Source of the DNA: an uncultured Fibrobacterota bacterium | GTDB taxonomy: Bacteria > Fibrobacterota > Chitinivibrionia > Chitinivibrionales > FEN-1185 | Length of the DNA stretch: 64,000 nt | Assembly (NCBI GenBank): GCA_963729895.1 | Contig: CAVSQB010000003.1 | Location: 64,001-128,000 of the forward strand | Direction: 5' to 3' | Shown: piece by piece, positions 18,063 through 26,965 of the stretch | How positions within the stretch are numbered: the first letter of the stretch is position 1 | How the letters are laid out: every line of letters begins with the position of its first letter | Notes under the pieces: generated by a model | What the model was told of the DNA's origin: nothing | Seen by the model: only the letters and a program-made list of their open reading frames with translations | Database searches by the model: none | Made by a program: the position numbers and the translations under genes

Positions 18063-18441
18063 TGCACGCTCCCTCGTAAGATATACGGCCAAGAAGGATT
18101 ATTAGTCCGGCAATTAAATACAGCTGCCACGCATTTGGGACATTTATTATTGCCGGGGTAATAATAGTTCAAAGATCATGCCAAAACAGGGCTTCGCGGC
18201 GTTCCCCCGGGAACCCTTGAACTCCGGTCACAGATACTTTCGCGGAAACGGCAGAATCATTCGGGGCCCTTATTCTTCATTCTTCGTGAACATGCCGTTG
18301 CATTTTATTATGTTTCTTGTGTTCGGTGCAGCCGGCAACCGTGAGGCCGTCCGGACCGTGAGACGGCATTCTGCCGCTCGGTTGAAGGGCACGCGACGTG
18401 CAACTCGCAATAATCCGTCCAGCAATCCAAAGGAGGCTCTT

Positions 18442-18993
18442 GTGATCTCAAAGAAAATGGAAGAGGCCATCAACGGCCAGATCAACAACGAATTGTATTC
18501 GGCATACCTCTACGCCGCAATGTCGGCGGATTGTTCGTTTAAGGGGCTCAAGGGATTCGCCAACTGGTTCATGGTGCAATACCACGAGGAAATGCTGCAC
18601 GCCATGAAGTTCTACGAATATGTGATCAAGATGGGCGGCAAGGTGACGCTGCGCGCGATCAAGGAACCCCCATCCGAGTTCAAATCGCCCATGGACATGT
18701 TCCAGAAGACGCTGGCGCACGAGCAGTTCATCACACGATGTATCGGCGAGCTGGTTGAGCTTGCCAAAAAGGAAAAAGACCACGCGTCCGAGGTCTTCTT
18801 CCAATGGTACGTCACCGAGCAGACCGAGGAGGAGGAAAACGACAACGACATCATCGCCCAGCTCAAGCTCATCGGAAGCGACACGGCGGCGCTCTATCTA
18901 CTTGACAAAGAAAAAGCCGCCCGGATCACCACGGTGCCCACCGACTTCTCCAAGGGAGTTGAGGCCGCCATGAAGGCCGCAGGCGGCGCGTAA
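18442..18993 (+). CDS. ftnA: Non-heme ferritin
   Basis: QINNELYSAYLY, EEMLHAMK, HEQFIT, QWYVTEQ.EEE; AAGGAGG before the GTG start. Confidence 0.92.
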   Translation: MISKKMEEAINGQINNELYSAYLYAAMSADCSFKGLKGFANWFMVQYHEEMLHAMKFYEYVIKMGGKVTLRAIKEPPSEFKSPMDMFQKTLAHEQFITRCIGELVELAKKEKDHASEVFFQWYVTEQTEEEENDNDIIAQLKLIGSDTAALYLLDKEKAARITTVPTDFSKGVEAAMKAAGGA

Positions 18994-19042
18994 GACCGGG
19001 TTCGATCAACATTCTTCGCGAAGAGGAGGCAAAGGGCCGCAC

Positions 19043-19522
19043 ATGAACACGATCGATCTTGCCAAGAATATTGAGCTGGAAGGCAAGGCTTTTTACGAAA
19101 AACTTGCCGCAGACTCGCCAATCCCGGCGCTGTCGGGCATCTTCTCGCTGCTTGCCAAAGAAGAACAGCTGCACTACAACGTGTTTGATGCCTGGGGTAA
19201 AGAGAACCGTGCCCCGGCGCCCCCGGCGGGCACCGCGGGCGCCGGGGCAAAACGCATATTCTCGCGCCTGTCGCTCCCCTTTACCCTTCCGCAGGTTGTG
19301 TACGATTATGGGCGCGCCTACGGCACGGCGCTCGACATGGAACGCAAAAGCATTGCATTGTACGAAAACATGCTGGCCGCATCCGCATCCGCGGATGACA
19401 AGAAGGTCTTTTCCTTCCTCATTTCCGAGGAGCAGAAACATGAGCATCTGGTGGAACACCTTCTGGAGTTCGTGAACGAACCGAAAGAATTCCTTGAGAA
19501 TGCGGAATTCAATCACCTGTGA
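19043..19522 (+). CDS. Ferritin-like/rubrerythrin-family protein
   Basis: ELEGKAFY, EEQLH, MERKSIALY, EEQKH. Confidence 0.85.
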   Translation: MNTIDLAKNIELEGKAFYEKLAADSPIPALSGIFSLLAKEEQLHYNVFDAWGKENRAPAPPAGTAGAGAKRIFSRLSLPFTLPQVVYDYGRAYGTALDMERKSIALYENMLAASASADDKKVFSFLISEEQKHEHLVEHLLEFVNEPKEFLENAEFNHL

Positions 19523-19530
19523 GATTGCGG

Positions 19531-19935
19531 TCAAAACGAGAAAATGATGATCGGCACGGCTGTTACCGCCGTGTACCCGTAGGAGACATTTCGCGTCTGG
19601 TTATTCACATCCCTGTCGTTTGCCGCGGCAAGAGTCATCCAGAGCGCGGCGGCGGTAACGCCCATGCCCACATAACGGTGGATGGCTCGCAACAGGGGAT
19701 AATTGTCCTGCGGTCCGAAAATCGCAAACGCGCCGATGCCGGAATTAGCGGCAAGGAGACAGATTGTGGCTACAGAAGGAACCTGCGTTGCGGCGGACTT
19801 GGTGTCCTGCAGGCACCGGATTGACGTATACAAACCGGCGCCTTCGATAATCGGCAGCGTGATGAAGTGGACTTCCTTTTTCCAGGAGAACGCAGAAGCA
19901 ACGAACATCAGCAGTACCAGCGTCGAGTTTCGCAT
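19531..19935 (-). CDS. Hypothetical membrane protein
   Basis: Signal peptide plus hydrophobic helices; AAGGAG RBS. Confidence 0.65.
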   Translation of the reverse strand: MRNSTLVLLMFVASAFSWKKEVHFITLPIIEGAGLYTSIRCLQDTKSAATQVPSVATICLLAANSGIGAFAIFGPQDNYPLLRAIHRYVGMGVTAAALWMTLAAANDRDVNNQTRNVSYGYTAVTAVPIIIFSF

Positions 19936-20161
19936 CGTTTATAACTCCTTATGCAGGGACGGTTTCGCCCGGCCCGGTTTTGATGTATGGTTAAGTATGA
20001 TTATACAGTGGCTCTATCGAATATTCCAAGGTGATTTATCCTTCAAGGAAAGAGCGCTGACAGCGCCGGACGGGCGGACGGCGGTGCGGACCGCTGCGCG
20101 GCGTTTGATCGTCCCTTGACCGCGGTCACCTTGTACCTTCACTTCACCGGAGCGCTCCCGA

Positions 20162-21202
20162 ATGCCATTCGATCTTCTGTCAACCGTCGAATACGGCGGT
20201 TGCTCCGCAAAACTTCCGGCCCAAAAACTGTCCGAAGCGCTCAAAGACCTGCCCAGGATCGCAAACGAAAACCTGCTGGTGGGCATTGAGACGCACGACG
20301 ATGCGGGCGTGTATAAATTGACGGACGACCTTGCAATCATCCTCACGACCGATTTTTTTCCGCCCGTCTGCTCCGACCCCTATGAATTCGGCCAGATCGC
20401 GGCGGCAAATGCGCTGTCGGATGTTTTTGCCATGGGCGGCACGGCGATCGCCGCGCTTAACCTGTGCATGTTTCCGTCCGCAAAAATTCCGCTTGCGGTG
20501 CTGCACGACATCCTTCGCGGCGGCCTGCAGAAAATTGAGGAGGCGGGCGCCGTGGTCGCCGGCGGCCACACCATCGACGACTATCCTCCCAAATATGGTC
20601 TTGCCGTGACCGGAACCATTCACCCCGACCGCATCATCACCAACAGCAGGGCCGAGCCGGGAGACATCCTTCTGCTTACCAAGCCGGTCGGCAGCGGCGT
20701 TATAACGGCGGGCAGGCGTATCGGTGAAATCGGGGATGCTGATTACCGGGCATGCCTTGACACCATGAAACAGCTCAACAAGGCGGGCGCGGAAATCATG
20801 CAGGAATTCGAAGTCCGTTGCGCCACCGACATCACCGGCTTCTCCCTGCTCGGCCATGCCCTGGGCATGGCTTCCGCAAGCAACGTTACCCTGGAAATCG
20901 ACAGCGAGGAAGTTCCGGTCCTTGCAGGCGCCTACGACCTTGCCGAAAGCGGCTGCATCCCGGGCGCCGCGTTCCGCAACCTTGAGTTCGTCGAAAAGGA
21001 ATGCCTGTTTGAAAAGGATGTTGACTATTCGATGAAGATGCTGTGCCTGGACGCGCAGACATCAGGCGGCCTGCTCATGTGCGTCGCCGAGGAATCGGTG
21101 GCGGAAGTGAGAAGGAAGCTCATTGATAAAGGCTACGCCAGGGCGGCGATTGTGGGGCGGGCGACGGAGAAGCGTCAAAAGAGCATCGTGATAAAAGAGT
21201 GA
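20162..21202 (+). CDS. selD: Selenide, water dikinase (Cys form)
   Basis: GGCSAKL, DDAGVY, TTDFF.P, AAANALSD, GGHT, TDITGF, DAQTSGGLL. Confidence 0.95.
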   Translation: MPFDLLSTVEYGGCSAKLPAQKLSEALKDLPRIANENLLVGIETHDDAGVYKLTDDLAIILTTDFFPPVCSDPYEFGQIAAANALSDVFAMGGTAIAALNLCMFPSAKIPLAVLHDILRGGLQKIEEAGAVVAGGHTIDDYPPKYGLAVTGTIHPDRIITNSRAEPGDILLLTKPVGSGVITAGRRIGEIGDADYRACLDTMKQLNKAGAEIMQEFEVRCATDITGFSLLGHALGMASASNVTLEIDSEEVPVLAGAYDLAESGCIPGAAFRNLEFVEKECLFEKDVDYSMKMLCLDAQTSGGLLMCVAEESVAEVRRKLIDKGYARAAIVGRATEKRQKSIVIKE

Positions 21203-21239
21203 AAACCATAACCGGATATCCAGTTTCGCGAAGCGGATC

Positions 21240-22967
21240 ATGAACAACGCCCGGCGATTTATCAAGGGACAATCCGCGGCGGACGGCGTCGTGATGGGCG
21301 CCGCCGTTGTGAACTCCGCCGGCGGCGGCGCGGGCGGGAACCAGCTTGACGCGTGCACGATTTACACCCTCGATCATTTCCTTCGCGCGGTGCAGCAGAC
21401 ACGCGCTCAGCTTGTCCGCTTTCAGCAGAGTCTGCAGGAACGGGTGCTGGAATCCGTGTCGCAGATATTCGCAGCCCATCTCGCGATCCTCCAGGACCCC
21501 GAGTTTACAGGCAGGATTCGTGCGAGGATCGAGACCGGCACGCCGGTTGTCGAATCGATCAACGGCATCAGAGACGAGTACGCCGCCGTCTTCTCCCAAA
21601 GTCCAAACGCCATCCTCAGGGAAAAAGTCCTTGACCTCACGGACCTCGCAAACCGCATCCTGTGGAACCTGGCCCACCCCGAAACCGCGGAATCGACCGC
21701 CGATTATCAGGGCAAGATCCTTATCATGTCGTCGTTGTTTCCATCGGACATCCTTCGGCTTGTGGCCCAAAAAACCGAAGGCATCATCCTGACCGGGGGC
21801 GGCGTCACGGCGCACATTTCCGTCCTCGCACGAAGCCTTGAGGTTCCCATGGTGCTTGCCGATGCCGCGCTTCTGGGCGACGTCGCCCCAGGAACGCCCC
21901 TCCTTCTGGACGCGCACCAGGGATCGATTTACGTCAATCCGGATGCCACGGTGTTGGCCGGTTACAAAACGCTGCTGGAAACGCGCGGCAAGGCATTGCC
22001 CGGCGAACGCGACGTGCTGCCCACCACGTACACAAAGGACGGCCGCCGCATCCGGCTGCTGGCTGCCGTCGGACTCGTAAGCGAGGCGCGAATCGCGCGC
22101 GAACTGCGGGCGGAGGGCATCGGTCTTTACAGAAGCGAAATGCCGTTTCTTATCCGCAACGGGTTCCCGACGGAAGACGAACAATACGACGTATACCGCA
22201 GGGTGATGCGGGAAATGGACGGCAGCGACATCGTGTTCCGCACGCTCGACATCGGCGGCGACAAAATCCTCAGATACTTCCCCGCCCGGGAGGAATCGAA
22301 CCCTTTTCTCGGCCTTCGCGGCATCCGGTTCACTTTTCGCCACCAGGAAATTTTCGACACACAGGTGCGCGCGCTGTTGCGCGCAGGATTCGACCGCCCG
22401 GTAAAGATACTGTTCCCGCTCGTGCCGTCGGTTGACAGTTTCCTTTACGCCAAACGTATTGTTCAAAGCCTTGCCGACGATTTGAAGTCCCGCAACGTTC
22501 CGCACCAATCCGCGCCCGAGATAGGCGCAATGGTCGAACTTCCGTGCGCCGTCGGAATTGCGGATGAATTGGCGGCGGAGGCGGATTTCCTTTCCATCGG
22601 CACCAACGATCTGGTGCAATACATGCTTGCAATAGACCGCACCAACGAGCAAATGGCCGAGTGGTACGTGCCGTGGCACCCGGCCATCCTCAGGGCTATT
22701 GATGCGGTGGTACAGGCGGCACAGGAACACGGCAAGCCCGTGTCCCTGTGCGGGGACATGGCCGGCACACTGGAATTGATCCCTGTACTTGTCGGAATGG
22801 GAATCACTGCGCTCACGGTCCCGCCGAGAAAGATTCCGCAGGTGCAGAAGGCGGTTATGGGGATCGACGCGGAGGAAGCGAAGCGGCTGGCGAAGAAGGT
22901 CCTGGAAAGCGGGACGGTGGCCGGGGCGGCACGGTTGATCGGGGTGAAATGGGAGTCGGGGTATTGA
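21240..22967 (+). CDS. ptsP: PTS enzyme I-like phosphoenolpyruvate--protein phosphotransferase (no GAF domain)
   Basis: GGVTAH (phospho-His), GLYRSE, RTLDIGGDK, NPFLGLRG, SIGTNDL.QY, CGDMA. Confidence 0.88.
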   Translation: MNNARRFIKGQSAADGVVMGAAVVNSAGGGAGGNQLDACTIYTLDHFLRAVQQTRAQLVRFQQSLQERVLESVSQIFAAHLAILQDPEFTGRIRARIETGTPVVESINGIRDEYAAVFSQSPNAILREKVLDLTDLANRILWNLAHPETAESTADYQGKILIMSSLFPSDILRLVAQKTEGIILTGGGVTAHISVLARSLEVPMVLADAALLGDVAPGTPLLLDAHQGSIYVNPDATVLAGYKTLLETRGKALPGERDVLPTTYTKDGRRIRLLAAVGLVSEARIARELRAEGIGLYRSEMPFLIRNGFPTEDEQYDVYRRVMREMDGSDIVFRTLDIGGDKILRYFPAREESNPFLGLRGIRFTFRHQEIFDTQVRALLRAGFDRPVKILFPLVPSVDSFLYAKRIVQSLADDLKSRNVPHQSAPEIGAMVELPCAVGIADELAAEADFLSIGTNDLVQYMLAIDRTNEQMAEWYVPWHPAILRAIDAVVQAAQEHGKPVSLCGDMAGTLELIPVLVGMGITALTVPPRKIPQVQKAVMGIDAEEAKRLAKKVLESGTVAGAARLIGVKWESGY

Positions 22968-23013
22968 GGGGAACGAGGGATGATGATGAGGGTTCGCCTC
23001 TCAAACGTTCTTC

Positions 23014-24906
23014 TCATCCCACGCTCGGGAACCTACCCATGTCCGTATGCGGCAAAAACAGCGCCGCCACGTACGCATCCATGTAGCGGTTGTCGCTTGA
23101 AAGGTCGATGTAGGTGATGCGCCTGGCAAGGGCGTTGAGCTGCTCACGCCTCGTCTTTGACAAAAGAGCAAGAGTTGCTCCAGTCAATGAGGAATTGCCC
23201 AGGTAGGTGAATTTGCCGCGGGGAATGTCGGGCAGCAGGCCGATGCGGACGGCCTTGTTCACGTCTATGAACCTTCCGAAGCCGCCCGCTATGTACACGC
23301 GCGAAATGCCGTCGAACGTGAGGCCGATGTTCTTGAGCATGAGGTCGCAGGCGGCGTAGATCGCGCCTTTTGTCCGGATGAGGTTGTCGATGTCCGCCTC
23401 GGTAAGGACGATTTCCCTCCCGTCGTGCGCTTCGGATGATTTGACAAGAACAAGCGCCTTGGTTCCCCCGATTTTTGTGATTCGCGATGAGGGCGCTGCC
23501 TCCGCTATCTTTCCGCCCCGATCGATAATTCCCTGTGTGTACAATTCGCCGAGCAGGGAAATCAGGCCGGAGCCGCAGATGCCTTTCGGTTTTCCGCCGC
23601 CGATCACGCCGAACCGCAGGTGTTCCATAGCCGCGTCGGCCTCAAACGACTCGATAGCGCCGGCCGCCGCCCGCATGCCGCACGAGATGCCCGAACCTTC
23701 GAACGCGGGACCCGCCGAGCACGCGGCCGCCATGAGAAACTCGGCATTGCCGATTGCGATTTCGCCGTTCGTGCCGATGTCCATGAACAGGACGACGTTT
23801 TTGTCATCCCACACCACCGGCGTGGTGAGCAGTCCGGAGGTTATGTCGCCGCCCACATAGCTGCCTACGCCCGGCGCGAACGTCACCGCCGCGCATGGGT
23901 TGGCGTGAAGCCCGACTTCCTCGGCCGTCATGATGCATGGTGAGTTGACAACCGGCATATATGGGCTTTCCCGTATGTTCTGCGGGGGCAGTCCCAGCAG
24001 CAGATGGACCATGGTGGTGTTTCCCGCAATCGCGAGGTTGTACACGGAGCCGGCGGAATTGTCTGTTTCGTCGAGAACCGCGTCGATGAGGCCGTTGACG
24101 GTGTCAAGGACGAGCGAGCGCATTTCCTGGAGCCGTTTCTCCGTCTTGGCGTAATCGATCCGCGAAATGATGTCCGCGCCGCGCCGGATCTGGCTGTTGT
24201 ACTCGGACTTGCTCGCAAGGACCTTCCCGCCGTGCAGGTTCAGGCAATGGACGGACACGGTGGTGGTGCCGATGTCGCAGGCGATGCCGATATCGCGGTT
24301 CGGTGCGTCACCCGGCTCAACCGAGACCACGGTGAGGCACGCTCCGTCATCGAGGACGCGTACCGTTACAAGACCGCTGCGCTCGCGCATGGCGTCTGCA
24401 AGAATCCTGAGCACCGCAAGCCCGCAGCGCACGGGCCTGTCGGCCGCCGCCTTCCGCACTTGGACTTCCAGTCGTTGGAAATCGGAGGAATGCCGCTCAA
24501 GGCTCGGCTGGTCGGCGCGCAACCGGTAGGTCTTGACAACAGGCGAAATATCATCGGGAGAAGGCATAAGGTCCGGAGTTATCGCGGCTATGTCCTTTCC
24601 GAGCGCCATGGATACCGAGCCGTCGGACGCGCCGGACAGGATTGAAAATACCGCGTCCCCGCTCACCACGCACTGGCATGAAAGCACTTTAAGCGGTTTG
24701 GCGCCGGCGGCGACGGTGAATTTCCTTTCTTTTATTTCGACGTCTCCCTCGACAAGCTCCACAAGGCATTTGTGACAGGTGCCCTTGCCGCCGCATTCGA
24801 GATACAGGCCGGTTTCGCGGACCTGGCTTGCAACATCGGAAATGCGCGTACCGCGGACGGCCGTACAGGACTTTTGGGAGGGTAGAAACGTGATGGTGTG
24901 CGTCAT
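23014..24906 (-). CDS. ASKHA ATPase with N-terminal 2Fe-2S domain (DUF4445, RACo-like reductive activator)
   Basis: CGGKGTCHKC, DIGTTT, GNTTM, DIGTNGE, AGPAFEG, GICGSG, AGGFG. Confidence 0.9.
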   Translation of the reverse strand: MTHTITFLPSQKSCTAVRGTRISDVASQVRETGLYLECGGKGTCHKCLVELVEGDVEIKERKFTVAAGAKPLKVLSCQCVVSGDAVFSILSGASDGSVSMALGKDIAAITPDLMPSPDDISPVVKTYRLRADQPSLERHSSDFQRLEVQVRKAAADRPVRCGLAVLRILADAMRERSGLVTVRVLDDGACLTVVSVEPGDAPNRDIGIACDIGTTTVSVHCLNLHGGKVLASKSEYNSQIRRGADIISRIDYAKTEKRLQEMRSLVLDTVNGLIDAVLDETDNSAGSVYNLAIAGNTTMVHLLLGLPPQNIRESPYMPVVNSPCIMTAEEVGLHANPCAAVTFAPGVGSYVGGDITSGLLTTPVVWDDKNVVLFMDIGTNGEIAIGNAEFLMAAACSAGPAFEGSGISCGMRAAAGAIESFEADAAMEHLRFGVIGGGKPKGICGSGLISLLGELYTQGIIDRGGKIAEAAPSSRITKIGGTKALVLVKSSEAHDGREIVLTEADIDNLIRTKGAIYAACDLMLKNIGLTFDGISRVYIAGGFGRFIDVNKAVRIGLLPDIPRGKFTYLGNSSLTGATLALLSKTRREQLNALARRITYIDLSSDNRYMDAYVAALFLPHTDMGRFPSVG

Positions 24907-25027
24907 GCAGGAAAAATACAAAGCGCCGCGGCTTCCAATGGAGCATGGTGGTCGGGAGCGGAACAGCGGCACGAAATGGAGCGGCGGCCGCCGCGTCGGG
25001 ACGTGTCGCGAGGGACGGGAATTCGTT

Positions 25028-25294
25028 CTAGTTGACCTGTTCCTTGAAGATGGTCCCGGGCCTGAACTTGATCACGTTGGACGCATTCACCGTGAATGCC
25101 GCGCCCGTCTTCGGGTTCCGTCCGGTCCTCGCCTTCCTCTTGACAATACAGAAACTTCCGAAGCCGATGATCTGCACGCCCTTCTTCACGTTTTCCCGGA
25201 TTGCGCTAAGGACCGAATCAACGGTTTTTTCCGCAAGCGCCTTCTTGATGCCTGCGTCTTTCGCAACGATATCGACCAGATTTCTCTTATTCAT
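25028..25294 (-). CDS. hup: Histone-like DNA-binding protein HU
   Basis: MNKRNLV, GFGSF, RTGRNPKTG. Confidence 0.92.
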   Translation of the reverse strand: MNKRNLVDIVAKDAGIKKALAEKTVDSVLSAIRENVKKGVQIIGFGSFCIVKRKARTGRNPKTGAAFTVNASNVIKFRPGTIFKEQVN

Positions 25295-25311
25295 TATCCC
25301 CCCCGCGACGA

Positions 25312-25932
25312 CTAATATCCGGGATACTCGTCCTGCATCTTGGCAAGTTCCGGTTTCGCCTTTGCCCAGAAATCGTATGCCGCAATATGCGCCTTTTTCG
25401 CCATCGGATCAAGATTCTTGAGCGGTTTTGCCTGGGCGAACTTTCCAAACCGGATGCCGCCCGATTTCATAACGGCGGCATATTCGTCGGGCCCGACGGC
25501 TGCCAGAGCCGTTTGCACCCGGGTAAGCCCGCCGGACGGGGCGCCGGTTCCCGGCGTGGGAGCGGTTACCCTCACGGAGGAATTCTTCTGGACAACGTAG
25601 TACACTTTTCCCGGAAGAAAATGAAGACGGATGGTGGCAATATTGTCGATTCTCGCCATCAGGTAATGAAATCCCGTGTCCACCGGAAACTGCGTCACCA
25701 TGTTGCTCGTCGTAACGCCGGCAAAAGCGCCGTCCACGAATATGGTACTCAGCTTTTCGGCGTTATAGGCAGCCTCGGTTTTCAGCATGGGAAGTACGAG
25801 CACTACAAGCGCCCGGTTGGCCGGAGGTTTTATTTCAGGGATGCTCGTCGAATACGAAAGTACAGCCGGCGAGCATGAAGCAAGAAAGAGCGCTGCCGCC
25901 AGCAGCCCCGCGCACCATCGATTTGTTCTCAC
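25312..25932 (-). CDS. Hypothetical lipoprotein
   Basis: AGGAGG before GTG 25932; lipobox LASC. Confidence 0.65.
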   Translation of the reverse strand: MRTNRWCAGLLAAALFLASCSPAVLSYSTSIPEIKPPANRALVVLVLPMLKTEAAYNAEKLSTIFVDGAFAGVTTSNMVTQFPVDTGFHYLMARIDNIATIRLHFLPGKVYYVVQKNSSVRVTAPTPGTGAPSGGLTRVQTALAAVGPDEYAAVMKSGGIRFGKFAQAKPLKNLDPMAKKAHIAAYDFWAKAKPELAKMQDEYPGY

Positions 25933-25994
25933 GTTGTCCTCCTGATGTGGCATGCCGCTACCGGCTCCGACAGCACGATCGCCGGCATGCACGG

Positions 25995-26834
25995 CTACAA
26001 GGTAATTTCAAAGGTATTCCCTACTGCAAAGCACTCCATGCTGCCCCGGAGTTTCTTTACAAGTTTGTTCGAGGCACCGACCATGGCATCAACCTGGTCG
26101 TCCGTTCGCTCCCGGTTCAAATGAAACATCCCCAAGCTCCGGGCGCCAGCCCGCACGCCAAGCTTGACAGCATCGGAGAACAGAGAATGGCCGAACGACC
26201 GGTTGGCCGGGTAATCCCCCGAGGAGAATTCGGCGTCATGGATGAGCAGGTCGGCCCCGCGGGAGAATTCGGCATAGTGCTCGAATGTCCTGCCGCCGGG
26301 ATGATGATAGGCCAGCTCGTTGTCGGTGAGAAACACGAAACTCGCGTTGCCTTCTTCGAACCTGAACCCGAGCCCGCCGTTGGGATGGGACAAGAAGATG
26401 GGCCGGATCTTCAGACTTCCGATGGTGAACGCCTCCGCTCTCCTGTTCTCAAAATGCAAATGTGCGGAAACGGAATCCAGCTCCACCGGGAAGTACGGAG
26501 CGCACATGACCCCGTTGAGCATTTCACGGTACGAGGGAAACTGGAAGCTGCACCCGTGCACGGTGATGTGCGTGCCCTTGCGATAGAGGGGATTGAAAAA
26601 CGGGAACCCCATGATGTGATCGAGATGCGCATGCGTGAACAGCATGTCAAACTTCTTTACTTTGGCACGCGCAAGTTTTGTCCCGAGCGGCCTGATGCCG
26701 GTGCCGGCGTCCACAACGATTATGTCGCCTTTTTTCGAGCGTATTTCCAAACATGTCGTGTCGCCGCCATAGCGGTTAAACTGCTTTCCGCTTACCGGCA
26801 ACGATCCCCGGGAACCCCAACAGCGAATATGCAT
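25995..26834 (-). CDS. MBL-fold metallo-hydrolase
   Basis: WGSRGS, YGGDTTC, DAGTG, THAHLDH, TDNE, FGHS. Confidence 0.9.
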   Translation of the reverse strand: MHIRCWGSRGSLPVSGKQFNRYGGDTTCLEIRSKKGDIIVVDAGTGIRPLGTKLARAKVKKFDMLFTHAHLDHIMGFPFFNPLYRKGTHITVHGCSFQFPSYREMLNGVMCAPYFPVELDSVSAHLHFENRRAEAFTIGSLKIRPIFLSHPNGGLGFRFEEGNASFVFLTDNELAYHHPGGRTFEHYAEFSRGADLLIHDAEFSSGDYPANRSFGHSLFSDAVKLGVRAGARSLGMFHLNRERTDDQVDAMVGASNKLVKKLRGSMECFAVGNTFEITL

Positions 26835-26965
26835 AGCCGCTCCGGTAAAGGATGTCCTGCCGCGCGAACCGCGCGCAAAAAGCTGCAGCCGGCTTGCGAT
26901 CACGAATTGTAATTATAACAACTTCCGAAAAACAATGCGAGAAGAAAATAATCGTTGGGCGCACC

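Noticed and set aside
20200..20202. SelD as a selenoprotein
   Set aside because: The catalytic position in GGCSAK is encoded by TGC (Cys).
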